Shown here: positions 1 through 14,152 of the stretch, one piece after another
How positions within the stretch are numbered: position 1 is the first letter of the stretch
How the letters are laid out: each line of letters opens with the position of its first letter
Assembly: GCF_964355755.1 (NCBI RefSeq)
Contig: NC_092680.1
Coordinates: forward strand, 19,415,045 to 19,479,044
Source: Antedon mediterranea
Taxonomy: Eukaryota > Animalia > Echinodermata
DNA length: 64,000 bases
Direction: 5' to 3'
Notes under the pieces: model-generated
What the model was told of the DNA's origin: nothing
Database searches by the model: none
What the model saw: the letters and a program-made list of their open reading frames with translations, nothing else
Made by a program: the position numbers and the translations under genes

Positions 1-1459
1 GAAATTTTAATACGTGAAATATTAATGCGCGCTCTTTTAAATGTAATGAACTATGACGCAAAAGATGAAAATATGACTTTGTTTATTTAACTGGCCATAT
101 GATGACGTCACAACATCTGATTGGCGAAAAGTTCACATGATTTCGTATCTACAATCCAATAGCTTTCTGAAAACGTTTTAATCGTGATTATCACATTTTA
201 TTCTTACGAGCTATAACAGATTAAAATTTACTGTAAAGATGAAATTAATGACGCTGTTAATTAAAATTTTTAGGCATGATGACGTCATAAAAATTAAAAT
301 ATTTTGAACTCATGCGTAAGATAGTTGATTGACCTACATAATATTAAAATCTCGGAGAAAAAGGAATACAGATAGGCGTGATGCCCTCCATTTAATATGA
401 TGAGCAATAACAAAAGAGACAAAAATCCTATATTTTACATTCGTGTGGCCATACGATGATGTCACAATGTCCGGTTAGCCATATTGATTCATGATCCGAT
501 TTCTACAACTCATCAACTTCCAGAATATGTAATTAAAAAAAAGTTTACCTCGTTGTTTAGAATCTATGACTGTTTAAAAAAAAAAAAAAATTTTTTAACT
601 TTTTCATCAAAAACGCACGTAAAGTATCCAATTCAACGTGCCCGTATGACGTAATTGTAAGTCGAAATTGTTTTAAAATTGGTAAAATTACTATAAAAGG
701 CTGGAAAAACATAATTCAATAAAAAAAAAATACTTTTAGCGCTACGTGCGCACCACGCGCATAAAATTGTTCGCGCGCGTGGGAAATTTTGACATGCTCA
801 AAATGTCATGATCAGCGTAGAAAGTTGATTAAAAATTAATTTTGCGCATTTTGAATTTTAAATGCGCGTGCGCGCGTAACTTTGTGTAAAACACGCACTT
901 TTTTTCCACAGAAAGTTAGCGCATGATATAAATTAAACTTTTGCTAAGTTTCAATTTAAATTGTTATATGGTTTTAAATCTATGTTAAATACGCGAAATT
1001 CATAAAATCGTGCGTAAGTCACGTTGCGCATTTCTGACGTCATTCACAATAGGAGGTGCACAACTTCACGTGAATGCCCATATGTTGACAAAGTTATGAA
1101 ATTTTATGTTTACACATTTTTTATATAAGCGAGACACAAAAATAGAGGAGAAATGCGCGTGCGCGCGTAACGTCTTGTAAAACATGGCATTTTTAATCCA
1201 CAAAAAGGTTGCCCTTGATATGACATAAATTTTCAGAAAGTGTCAAAATAAAATTATGCTTGGTTTTTAGCCTATGATCAATCATAAAAAATCATAAAAT
1301 CGCACGTAAGTCACGTTGCGCAACTCTGACGTCATTCAAAATAGGAGGTGCACAACTTCACGTAAATGCCCATATGTTGACAAAGTTATAAAATGTTATG
1401 TTTACAAGTTTTTGAGATACGCGAGACACAAAAATGGAGGAGAAAGAAAGAAGAATAAT
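1..1459 (-). mobile_element. Non-autonomous Helentron (HINE-like) copy A, truncated by the window edge, with a ~290-bp internal duplication
   Basis: Colinear with 1800-2985; block starting aatgcgcgtgcgcgcgtaac occurs at 861 and 1152. Confidence 0.7.
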
Positions 1460-3057
1460 ACTAGACATGAAACTCGTCACATTGACGAGTTAGTTATCCG
1501 CACCACGACAAACACGTCATACGTTGGAATATTGCACACAGATAAAGATTATGGCATTATCACAAGAACTGAAGAATATGATATGCTGTTAGTGCTGAAT
1601 TCTGTCAATTTTGTGTCATATAGTATATACATGCAAACAGTATAATCTGTATACATATTACATACAGTGTAGAATAGGTGAAATTACGGGACCCGCCATT
1701 TATTCCAATTTTTAACATGGCGACGGTATCAAAATGAAACACTTAGATAGCAATTTCAGAAGGAAATTATCTCAGGAACAACATATTAACGTGTAGAAGA
1801 AATTTGAATACGTAAAATATAGATGCGCACCCTTTTAAATGTGATGAACTATTACGCAAAAGATGAAAATACGACCTTTTTTATTTAACTGGCCATATGA
1901 TGACGTCACAACATCCGATTGGCAACATTTTAACATAATTTCCTATCTACTATCCAATAGCTTCCAGAAAAAGTTTTAATCGTGATTATCACATTTTATT
2001 CTTACGAGCTATAACAGATTAAAATTTACTGTAAAGATGAAATTGATGCCACACGTGATTTAAATTTTTAGGCATGATGACGTCAAAAAAATTAAAATAT
2101 TTTTTACTCATGCGAAAGATAGTTGATTGACCCAGACAATATCAAAATCGGAGTGAAAATGGAAAACGGATAAGTGGAGATGCGCTCTATTCAATGTGAT
2201 GAGCTATGACGAAAGATACAAAAATCCTAAATTTTATATTCGCGTGGCCATACGATGACGTCACAATGTCCGGTTAGCCATATTAATACCTGATCCGATA
2301 TCTACAACTCATCTACTTCCAGAATATATAATTAAAAAAAAGTTCACCTCGTAGTTTAGAATCTATGAATGTTTTAAAAAAGGCATAATTTTGACGAATT
2401 TTGACAAATTTTTGAACTTTTTCATCAAAAACGCACGTAAATTATCCAATTGGATGTGCCCGTATGACGTAATTTTAGATCAAAATTGTTCAAAAGTTGG
2501 TAAAATTACTAGAAAAGGCTGGAAAAACATGAATCACGCGAAAAAATTTATTTTCAACGCTACGTGCGCACCGTGCGAGTAAAAATATGCGCGCGCGTGG
2601 GAATTTTTGACATGCTCAAAATAACATGAAACGCGTAGAAAATTGATTAGAAATTGATTTTTCGCATTTTGAAATTTTAAACGCCCGTGCGCGCGTAACT
2701 TCTTGTGAAACATGCCATTTTTTTTCTACAGTCAGTTAGCGCAAGATATAAATTAAACTTTTGTTAAGTTTCAATTTAAATCGCTATATGGTTTTCGATC
2801 TATGTTAAATACGCGAAATTCATTAAAACGCGCGTAAATCACGTTGCGCAATTCTGACGTCATTCACAATAGGAGGTGCACAATTTCACGTGAATGCCCA
2901 CATGTTGACAAAGTTATAAAATGTTTTGTTTACAAGTTTTTGAGATACGCGAGACACAAAATTGACAGAAAGAAAGAATAATACAGAAAAAAAAAAAAAA
3001 AAAAAAGATGATTTCATACAGTTACAAGGAGTTATCCGCTACTAAGCGGATAACTAA
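1460..3057 (-). mobile_element. Non-autonomous Helentron (HINE-like) copy B
   Basis: Minus strand: subTIR TTAGTTATCCGC plus adjacent inverted copy (3029-3057), TTCT-rich tract, core, 3' subTIR GCGGATAACTAA, hairpin CTCGTCA-ATG-TGACGAG, then CTAGT. Confidence 0.75.
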
Positions 3058-3125
3058 TAAAACTTGTTGTTGCCATAAACAGTTTTTCCCAGACAGTAGA
3101 AACAGGCCCTAAGACTAAAAGTAGT

Positions 3126-3310
3126 GGAGCTGCCGATTGGTGGTTAACATGACTTCCTTATAATCCAAATGTCCAGGGTTCAATCCTGACCTAGTGCATG
3201 GGTTGTAACTCACGACTCTTTCAACTCCACTACCTAAGCCTCAAATGAGACTTAGTTTATAAGCACGATCAATTATAAAATAGTTTATCCATCCTGTAAT
3301 TGGTGAGTTT
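3126..3310 (+). mobile_element. Old tRNA-derived SINE
   Basis: tggtggtt..gtccagggttcaatcctgaccta..taagcctcaaat..agtttatccatcc shared with 21992-22165. Confidence 0.6.
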
Positions 3311-4391
3311 GTGGTCGCTATTGGATGCTTATGACATTTTTTTAAATAAGAGTTTTAAGCACATGGGAATAGGTTTACCAAAGTATTTTCACAATAAAAA
3401 TACTGTTATAACGCCCAGTATAAGTTTTTGAATACACTGACAAATTATTATAGCATCTTTTATCATAACTGTATCTCTTTCTTCGATATTGGTCATGCTT
3501 TGTTGTTTCACTCTTGATATAACAACAATTGCTTTTATCAAACTTGTTGAGTGTTTACTGTTTAAAGCCAACTTAGAGAGGTTAAAAAAGGGTTAAAGAT
3601 TATAGTTAAAAAAATAAGGGCTGCCTTGTTAACCAGGGATCATTTTATTCTAGTTTGACAAAGCTCTTTGGAATTGCAAATGCATTCTTCACCTCACTTC
3701 TGCTGAATATGACTTATATAACTTTTTTATGCTTCACATAATATGTATTGTACAACTGGAACATTTTCATAAAGTATTGTTGCTACAGTTTTTTAAACTA
3801 AACAGTACAATAAAAGGCAATTACTATGAAATACCTCCAAAGAATTTCTATTAAAACTGATCCATAAGAATTCTGCTAGCCCTAAAGGTAGGCTTATGTC
3901 GACCTGGAACTGAAAACGACTCAACTAAAAGGTAATTGTGTAGAGCACAAGAACACTAATAAATGTCAACTTTCAGTTGGAATTAAAAGGAACTGAAAAT
4001 CTGTTTGCAAGTGCTTATGTAGAAATGAGTCGTAGTTACCCATATCATTATTTGTGCACAGGATGCAATTTGCATTAAAAGAGGCACCATTGTGAGCAAA
4101 CATTTATATCAAATTGCCCATTCCACGGGTGACACAACTCAAAGTTTCAGTTTCATAAAATTAGATTATGTTCAACATAACGTAACTCAACTGCAGTTAG
4201 GTTAAAATTTAGCACAACTTTGAGGTGGGGTAGATTGTGTTGAGTTGCTCAGAGGGCTTATTAATATGTTCAATTGAGAAACAAACCAACTCAAAAAATA
4301 AAACAGATCTTAACTATTGCATCATCCTACTACACAAAAAACTGCCATCTCATGATTTTGAAGAAACAAGAGATTAGCTGCTTGATATTTA

Positions 4392-4531
4392 AAGTTCTGT
4401 CTTCACCATCAAACTAGTTTAACAAAGAAAGTGTGATGCCAAAATATGGTAGTGATATGACATCGTCATGTCCATATGTGTGCACATCACATTTTTTTGT
4501 CATAAACAGTTTGATAGTGTAGACAGAGCTT
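4392..4531. mobile_element. MITE of the AAGCTCTGTCTACACTATCAAAC-TIR family
   Basis: Terminal inverted repeats, TA flanks, atatggtagtgatatg core. Confidence 0.7.
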
Positions 4532-7042
4532 TATACAGAACGTATTATCAGATGGAGTTATACTTCCATATCGTAAGAAAGGTTACATTTAATAAAGATC
4601 ATAGCAGCCTAGTATTCAGACTAGATTTAACGAACGCTTTCGTTAGAAAAAGTGTCACAGATTGAGGCGAACATTTGGCATGCAAGAATAAATTGTATTG
4701 GTTCGAGGTCAAAATCGTTAATGCATAACTTTCGTATAGTAGGCTACTGTAAATGTACATAACCTACTACTTTTAAGTTTTCGTAACGAACGGGAGGTCA
4801 GTGTCATATAGAGGTGGCTTGTGCTTAATCTTTTCCTAATCCTGACCTATTAGGTTGTACGCCGCTTCGTAGGTGTGAACAGGCCCTAAGAGTTTGTTTC
4901 TGAACAGGTTTAATACTGTATTTTAAAAGAACATTACAAATTCAATATGTTAACACATTAATTTAATATTTAATTACTAATAACACAAAAACATAACGTC
5001 CCTCAGAGCACATGTTAGTAGATTGGAATGTTACAAACAGTGAATATGTAATTATTAAATCGAAACTCATTTAATCTGTCAATAAATTATTTATGAATAA
5101 TCCATCATATATTGTAACTACTGTAATTTAATTTATTGTTTATCTTATCCACAATAACAGGAATTATTGTGTCGATCCTACAATACAGGCAATTAAAGAT
5201 AATTGTTTTTTTTACCAAAGAAACTGGTCTATTTAAAGAATACATTTCAAAATAAAAATAAAATAAACATAAATTGAAGCTTTGAATCGAACATCGACGT
5301 AAACAAAATACAATTAGAATGTTTGAAAGCATGCCAAAGGTTTCATTCATAAAAATTAAGAGTAAACTGTAGGGTTCCCTAAAAAACAGCACTGGCTTAT
5401 AGCCAATTAATCTTTTACTAATAATTGGCTCAAACAAGAAATTGTTTTCACTTTAACCTTCCAAGACTAGGCAGTTTGTCCAATGACTATACTGTATACT
5501 GCACTTTCCCTGGTAATTTTATATATTTAATAGTGTGTATGATGTCAACACGTTTGAGCTATTGTAACAACAATAACATAAATATATTATTAAGTGTAAT
5601 CTGGCCATTTGATTGGTTGATGTTGTATCATGTGACATACATTAGTTTCTCCTATTTCAATGATTGCAGCAACTATTGCACTTTCAGCTTTGATGAAATG
5701 ATTGTGGAACATGGTTGGTCAGACTATTTAATATTCAATTCTTCACCTCATTATTTGAAAACAATTTAACATTCTTTCCAACCACTTATTTTAGGGGTTT
5801 TTTTTCTAACCTGGTGGTATTGATTTTATAATACAATTTTCACATTAGTTTTACCAACAAAATATTTTTACGCTCGATTTGAGGCAGTATTATAAACTTA
5901 TTTGAATTACAATGGACAGTTTACAATCACTAAAAACTTAACAAATTTTGGCGCCATACGATACAAAACATAGGTATCACCTTACAGTGCATTAAATGGA
6001 AATAGAGATGAAAAAATCTTTCAGCACAACACATGCAACAAAGAAAGGTACACACAGAAGTTTTTGTTTAATAAATTACAAACAATTGGAATATTTTTAT
6101 AGTTTATTTTTTGGTTAATTTATGATACCTGATAGTATAGATTGTTTTACTAACAATGTATTATGGACCACTTTTAGGTTGTGGGATGATGACCAAAAAG
6201 GGGATTTTTTTAAATTTTATTTCATTTCAACAACATTTTAGTCCATCCAGCCGAAGCTGATCATTAAGGACCCTTAACAGAAATACTTCATGACAAGACA
6301 TAAACATGTAACAATAACAATTTAAAATAAATATAATTTGTATATATAATAAACATTACATTTGTTAGTGCAAGGAATTTGTTTGTGGAAAACAATATTC
6401 CATCATTTTATGAATATTTGAGGATTTCGACTTACCGATTTCTTACAAGAATAATGAAAAGCGAAATCAGAATGTTAATTTGTATATATAAATATTTGTT
6501 GATGGATTCAAACATGTACTACAAATGGAGAGAGGCATTATATACCAAATAGATACAAGTTTTGGTCCTCTCTCCTTCATCTTTTTTTTTGTGTAATGTA
6601 TTATACCATATGGACTATATGAAATAAAAGTTGAATTGAAATTGAAAATTACATATTCTCCCTGTGGCCTTCAATATCTTAATAACAATTTAAAAACGGG
6701 ACATAATCATTTTTAATCTTGGAGGTTAGCATTTGGTGGAGGTAATATATATAATTTTTGATTGCTCGTTTTTCTTCCGTTCATTGAATGTCTTTTGTAC
6801 TACAGTATATTCAAATAATACTCAGGAATTTTATTGCGATTAAGGTGGAGAATTACCCAGCATTAACTAAACTTCAACTAAAGGTATTTATTTAATACAC
6901 CCATAAGTCACCCTCCTAAAAACATTAGAAAACAAGTATTTGTATAGATTCTGCATGAATGAATTCATTATAATAATAGAAATAGTAGAATCAATGTATA
7001 TTTTAGTAAACAAGTAGAAGTTGAGAAAAAATAAAATAACAA

Positions 7043-7318
7043 GAATATAGGATTTAGAATCGAGAGTCTAACTGTCTAAATTATCTTATTTCAATGAAAA
7101 TACTGAGTTATTTCAATGAAAATACTGAGTTACTTCAAATTATGGAAAGTTAAACATTTTTTTAATAGGAAACTATACTTACAGTACAGAATATAAGATT
7201 TAGAATCGAGAGTCTAACTGTCTAAATTATTTTATTTCAATGAAAATACTGAGTTACTTCAAATTATGAAAAGGTAAACATTTTTTTTTTAATAGGAAAC
7301 TATACTTACACAGTACAG
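7043..7318 (+). repeat. Tandem duplication of ~125-145 bp
   Basis: gatttagaatcgagagtctaactgtctaaattat twice; first copy has an internal 21-bp duplication. Confidence 0.8.
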
Positions 7319-8630
7319 TGCAAACACTTCAACCACAAAATTTAATTTCCCTGTTTTCCTTTGATGACCCAAAAAGTGTAATCAAAAACATGCCTTATCA
7401 GCAGACAAATACATCATATCTTTTGTTAATCTGTAACAAAATAAAACAATGCAGAAAAATGAAATGAAAAAATTTCCATATTTCGGACTTCATAACCATA
7501 GAATAGTTCAGTAGCTCAATAAATAATAAAAGCCACTCATTTTATGTATGTTTTACATTTTGTAGGGGTTTTTTTTGCATTGAAAGAAATAAAAAACAAT
7601 GCAATTAAGAGAGAACATTTCTAGAAATAAATGATGTTATCAAAGCAGCAGTCTAAACATCTTTAATGTACAAAAGTAAACTTTGCATTGAATTGTCAGT
7701 TGAATGACAGTTGACATTTAGGCAATTATATTACAAACAGTTTCAAATACATGTGTTATTACAAGTTCAAATGTACTTAGAATTGAAACTCCAGCTGCAA
7801 TATATTGACAATAACATATGAATCATTCATATTTTTGAAAAAAGAAATTACTTAGACTTGCTACGACCTATGACCTTGTTATGAATTCATTGTGTGCATA
7901 CATTTCTGCTGCTTTCTCGATTTGACAAGTTTTTGAGTATTCTAGGACAAGACGACAAGGAATGATAAAATAAGAATGTCATTTGCCAAGTCACCAACGT
8001 TGATTAGAGTTAAAATTGGTGAAAAAATATGTTTTCTTTAAATTTGCAAATGTAGTTCGTCACCATTAGATGTAAAAAAAACACCTAAAACAATAATTTG
8101 GCTAGCACATGGTTAATACATGATTACAGAATATGCATTGGTCAATTTAGGGATGTAACCAAATTTTTCATGCAAAAAATCTTTTACATATTATGATAAT
8201 TAGAACTGGAAAAATGCACTAAATATCAGAAATGGTCCACCTAAATTATTTTGTCTAACTTTTTTAGTAAATTTATTTCATATATGATCATAAAACAGAA
8301 AACAAACGTTACAGAGTATAATCACCAATATACTGTAGCTACATATTGAATATTAAAACTTAATACATATGGTTTGATAATTCAACTTGTTTTCAATTAT
8401 ATTCCATGGAGATTATTGTATTGATAACATATTCATGACTTAAGCTTATTTACAGTATAACTTATTAATCAGGATATCTACCATATCACATTACCTACCC
8501 CAACTGCCACTTACCTAAATTGGATAATTTCTCATATTCAATTATAATTAATGTCATACGTATTAATGTCATTTAAACTAGTTTATTTATTTTCCTTTAT
8601 AGTTTGGAAACTAATTATAAATAAACAATT

Positions 8631-8753
8631 CTTATCTACACTACCAAACATTATGTGACACAAAAAATGTGATGTGTCCATATATGGACATGATGATGCC
8701 ATCACTACCATATTTCGGCATATCAGATTTGTGATAGTATATAGGCAGAGCTT
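8631..8753. mobile_element. MITE, same family (degenerate)
   Basis: TIR remnants and catatatggacatgatgatg core. Confidence 0.6.
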
Positions 8754-9552
8754 TAAATAGACTTTGGAGCTCAAAATTGATCTGAAATTGACCAAATTAG
8801 TATGTGTGCTGTCAATCATACAATCTACTTCACCGCCAAGTTTTGAATACCAGATTTTGTAATATTGAAAAAATCATGCACTTGCTATAAAAGAAAATGA
8901 AGCAAAAAAAAGAAAAGAACTCTTCCTACAATAAAAAAACAAAATAGGAAATACCAGATAATATTATAATCACATACACATGCTCCAAATTCTTATAATA
9001 CAACACCGGTAATATGTATTATGCTTTAACTTTATCCAATAATCCATTCAAATTAGAAAAAAAAAACCTTTCTATACAGACATAGGATAGTTCAAAGAAA
9101 AGCTTATAAACTTAGAAGTGAAATAGTTTGGTCGGATACTTTCATTCAGGATATACTGTAACAGTAGTGTGCGGATATGTTTCTTCAAGAGCAGAAAAGG
9201 ATAATAATCTATTGTACCTACAAGATTTTGAAAGTCATGGAACACATTCTTAGATCTCTTTATGACCTAGATTTTCTATGGTAATACAAAAAGCGTTTTG
9301 TATTCTCGGATACAGTAAGAACTATATAAAATTTATGTGTAAATACAGATATCCGAGACGAGTAGGGGGTACCCTGTTGTTAGGGTATATAACAGTACAG
9401 ATAAAAATGACTGCAACGTACAGCCTATGTTCCAGCTTTGTGGCTACGAGGTATTGTGTTTTGATTGCAATTCCACGAGATGCATTGTTTGATCGTGATC
9501 CTACGAACTGCATCGTTTTTTTTATCTTTTTTTTATACGAGAAGCATTGTTT

Positions 9553-9860
9553 TATAATAATAATAATACCACATTTATATAGCGCCCTTTTCATGAGTAA
9601 TCATGCTCAAAGGCGCTTTACAAGCATTATTACCCCAGTATTTTTTTGGGATCAAACACGTATTGAAACATACTCCCATAATGCAGCCGGTAACCAGCGC
9701 AAAGTTGTGTCTAGATCTAACTGGGTACCCATTTATACACCTGGGTGGAGAGAGGCAACGTAAGTAAAGTATCTTGCCTATGGATACAAGCAATGCGGCG
9801 AGAGTTGGATTCGAACCTAGGTCTGACGATCGGTAGTCCAACACACTGCGCCACACGCCC
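9553..9860 (-). mobile_element. tRNA-derived SINE
   Basis: Head GGGCGTGTGGCGCAGTG..GGTTCGAATCC, body AGGCAAGATACTTTAC..CACCCAGGTGTATAAATGGGTACC, tail GCGCTATATAAAT..(TAT)n; second copy at 43825-44098. Confidence 0.8.
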
Positions 9861-10010
9861 GTAATGTATAATAAACACCAGTGTTATCAATGAAGCATTT
9901 TTTATTCTCGGATTAAGGACTATATAAAATTTATGTGTAACAGTATACAGTATCTTTCGAGACGATTAGGGGGTACCCGGGTATATGGTAGAAGGAATAT
10001 CTGTGTCACT

Positions 10011-10108
10011 CACAGTCATCAGGTGCCACATGAACGTCCAATCACAGTCATCAGGTGCCACATGAACGTCCAATCACAGTCATCAGGTGCCATTATGAAC
10101 GTCCAATC
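10011..10108 (+). repeat. Tandem repeat, 3 x ~32 bp
   Basis: cacagtcatcaggtgccacatgaacgtccaat. Confidence 0.85.
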
Positions 10109-13100
10109 AGATATGGACGACTTTGACCTGGCATTGTAACTCAACATGTTCCCACAATTGTATTGCCCAACCAACAAAAAAGTTGAAATATGGTATGACA
10201 CTGATGACAATTGAAGTTGATCAACGAATGAAGATTTTATCTGAATATGTAGATAAACTATCTTTAACACAACCATTATACTGATAACCAAGACAATACT
10301 CAAACCTCATTAAACTGATTTCTGTTATGTGAAATTTGAATACTGTATATATTTTGACAGAAAGAGAAACCTGGCCTGCAGCAACAATTACACAAAACAA
10401 CAGTTTATTATTGGTGTTGGCAGTCTATGAGTGCTGCTTACCTGGATAAACCAATAATATCCTTCTCCTCCAAAGGGAGTATATTTACGAAAATAAATTC
10501 CATTAACCATCCCTATCAGATAATGGTGCTATCCACGAACAGTAAAATCTAACCATCCCAGATACCACTGTCATTATTTCGTTTCATTGTGCTGTCGTCT
10601 ATGTACGTGTATAGAGCAACAATTTGAAAGTATTCTACGAATTCCTGAAGCTTTAATTGTTAGTGTGAAACCAAGCCAAAGAGAACTCTGTTACCATTGT
10701 TAACATGACACATTGCAAACTGTGTAATAGAAAAATAAATAATAAAGAAGAATACAGTATGGGAAAGAAATTCAAAACTCGGATTCTTCTGCTTAATAAA
10801 TAATATGAACTGTTAGATCATAATACCAAGTTATAATTAAAAAATAATTAATTTTGAGGTAAATCTAATTGAAAACCTAATTTTCATTATACCGTAGTCA
10901 AATCTAATTGGAAAACATCTTTGTTCACTTTAACATACCAAGACACTTATTATTTCTCAGTTTCATAATATTGTATGCATTTTTTATGAAAAATTAACTA
11001 CTGTATAAATAAAGTTTTCATTAATCAACTCTAAACTATGCTACACTACCTCCCACATAAATTGAATGAAATATTGGTACTTTATTTAAATGTATTATTT
11101 TTTATTTTCAAGAAATTACTATAGTATCAGTTCAAATAATCTTCATTCTTCTAACTAAAACAAAATCTTTACCTTACAGTATAATTAATTTTCTAAGAAG
11201 CATACCATTTATTATGAAGATGATACAGTACTTATTAAAATGCCAATACTGTAAGTTAAACATCGGTGGATAATAAAAGATTTTATTTATGTTCTGAGAG
11301 TAAACACAATTTCCTTTCACCCTCAACTGTACTATCTAGTCTTAATTTTATACGAATCCGAATAAAACAGTCTATGATTTCCCAAAAAAAGCAGAAAATT
11401 GCAGAAACAGATGAAGAGCAAAAAAAATGTAGGTTTTCACAAAACAAACCCATCCAACATTGTCTTTCCATAGAGAAAGTTTTCCACGGTCCTTTCCACT
11501 GGTTCCCTTTTCCATATGGGTGGTTACGGTATGGTTAACTTTATACTTCCATATTTTTTCTCTATTATGTAATTTTAATTATACTGTAAGAAAGAATCTG
11601 TGTACAGAAATGGATGGTGTTGTCGGAATTCACAGTCCCTATTATAGAAAAATTCTGAATGCAAGTGTATCTAAATTGTAGTGGGCTCAGCCACAAACCC
11701 TAATTTCAATATACCTGTATCATATGCTAAAGCTTCCTGATGATATCTTGTCTCACAGTATGGTGAACTAGGATTGTGTAGCTAGATTTCTTATTGTGCA
11801 AACTGCCAGCCAGCCAGGATATAGCGGTGCTTGGTAGTAATAATACCTCTAACACCACAAGAAACAATAGATACAGAATGTATGAAAATGTTACATCCTA
11901 CATCCAAAGATAAGGACAATAGATTTAATTGGATATTATAAAATAATCCTTATAATAACGACACACCTTGGCAACATATTACCCGGGTCATCGAAACAAA
12001 AATAATTTTTCAAAAAGTGTTCACGATTTTTTCAAGGTTAGACAAATTACTTCCAAGCCAACAAGTAACAAATACAATATTTCGACAGCAAAGAGAAAGT
12101 TAGTTCCACATGCATTGATAATGACAATGAAGAGAAATTTATCAGTTTCGAAAAACAAACTGCGTACGTAACCATTTCTCGAATATTCTTTTAAACACTG
12201 ATTATCATAATACAGTATAGGGCCTTCATTTTATGTGGTGTATTTCTATTCCCAGATTTTTATTTACATACACCATTCCAGGGGCGGATCCAGCATTATA
12301 GATTAGGGGAGGCTAAATATTTCATAAATGATTAAAAAGTTCCTTCGGGTTGCAGAAAATTAAAAAATAGTGAATAATTTATTTTAAAAAGACATGGCTG
12401 TTGCATTGAAGATGAAATGTACAATATATTGCCTATATATTTTATAAAACAACATCGATGCACGCTTACAATTTAAAAACAATTTGAAACAATTTATTTT
12501 GGACTAAATTACAGCATGTTTTAGACCATTTTAATTTTAAGAAATCAGAAATTCCCATGTGTGTACAAAATTGTCATGTCTCCTCCTCCATCAATAATTC
12601 TACATTCCACGAGACTTTTAAAATTATTTGCTATTTTTATCTCATTCTTCTTTTTATCAAATTAATTAATCTCCAGTATACACAGTTATATGGTTTCTTG
12701 GAGTATCTCTATGCCTGTCACATTTATATTAATTTTAAGTTTACACAATATAGTCTTTTCAACAGGAAGTTGTACAATCTATAATAGTCTTTTATGTAGA
12801 AACGCCTAGCCTTGGGCGTCTGACCTGGATTATTATTACCTTTAGTACAATTTAATTATTATAATTGTATCATTTTTTATAATATTAATAATATTGTAAA
12901 ATATTAATCCTTGTTCAATTTTAAAATACAATATCAACGAGGAAAGGACAATTTAAAACATGACTTGATTATTCAAAAGGGACACTTAGGCCTACACTTT
13001 TTGCAAGAGGGCAAAATCAAATGTTAGCTTGATTATAGAAGTTCATAATAAACTATGTACTGTAGGTTTGTGTTAAAAATCAGACACCTGAATTTAAGTT

Positions 13101-13797
13101 ACACAAAATTTGGAGCTCCCAGTGCATACTATTAACTATTTTTTCTACAGGTAGCTTTTTTCATATTTAATATTTAATTAACTAACATTATATTGTACTG
13201 AACACAACAACTATATTCTTTATTCATTTTCTTTAAAATCTGATTTTCCTTCATTTATAATATCATAAAAATAATATAAAATAGGAATACACATAGACAA
13301 TTATACTATGAAATAAATATTATAATTATTATACATCAGTGCAAAATTACTTCCATTTATTGTCATACATAGAAATTATGTTTGCTCTGAGATTTATTTT
13401 ATTTTATTACAGACCCACAGTTAATCATCGCCAATAACAGATACAAATACTTAAATGAAAACCGAACCAAACCAACATGAACATGAAACAATAACAACAA
13501 CAAACCATTAACCCTGCATTAAATAGCCAACTTATTAATTACCTCCCTATATTAATACAAACATGACCTTAAAAGGTACATTACAGTGCGAAAGATAGAT
13601 ACTGTAGATAGGTCAGTGAACATAATCATAGCATCCATTGATATCTCCAAATCTTTTATACTTCAATTAGTCTATCTATTATTTCCAATGAGGTCATGTC
13701 ACAGACAATTTAAAAAGAAAGTACTGAGCAGGTAGATAGTACATGCACTTGATGGTGAAAATAAACAATGAAAAGACCATTCAAACTTTGTTCCTGT

Positions 13798-13953
13798 GCT
13801 CTGTCTACACTATCTATCAAACTAGTTTGAAAAAAAAAACAGTTATGTTCCAAAATATAGTAGTAATATACCTAAATATGGTAGTGATATGACATCATAA
13901 TGTCAATACTTGATTACAATTTTACATAAAGTTTGATGGTGTAGACAAGGCTT
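13798..13953. mobile_element. MITE, same family
   Basis: gctctgtctacacta ... gtgtagacaaggcttta. Confidence 0.7.
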
Positions 13954-14152
13954 TAAACTCAATTCACATGTAGAAAATCTTATAATTTTTTATTTTATTT
14001 ATTTTATTCAAACTCATTCAACAGCGGGTAACCCGCCCCTTACAGAATGGAATAAACTATACCATATAAAAATATATATAAATCTTAAAATCTAGCAATA
14101 CAAATTTATACAATTTTACTAATTTTATTACAAAAACAATTATAACGGTCAA

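Noticed and set aside
9800-9860. tRNA genes at SINE heads (also 44040-44098, 17950-17989, 3126-3195, 21992-22060)
   Set aside because: They do not fold into full cloverleaves and continue into shared SINE bodies.
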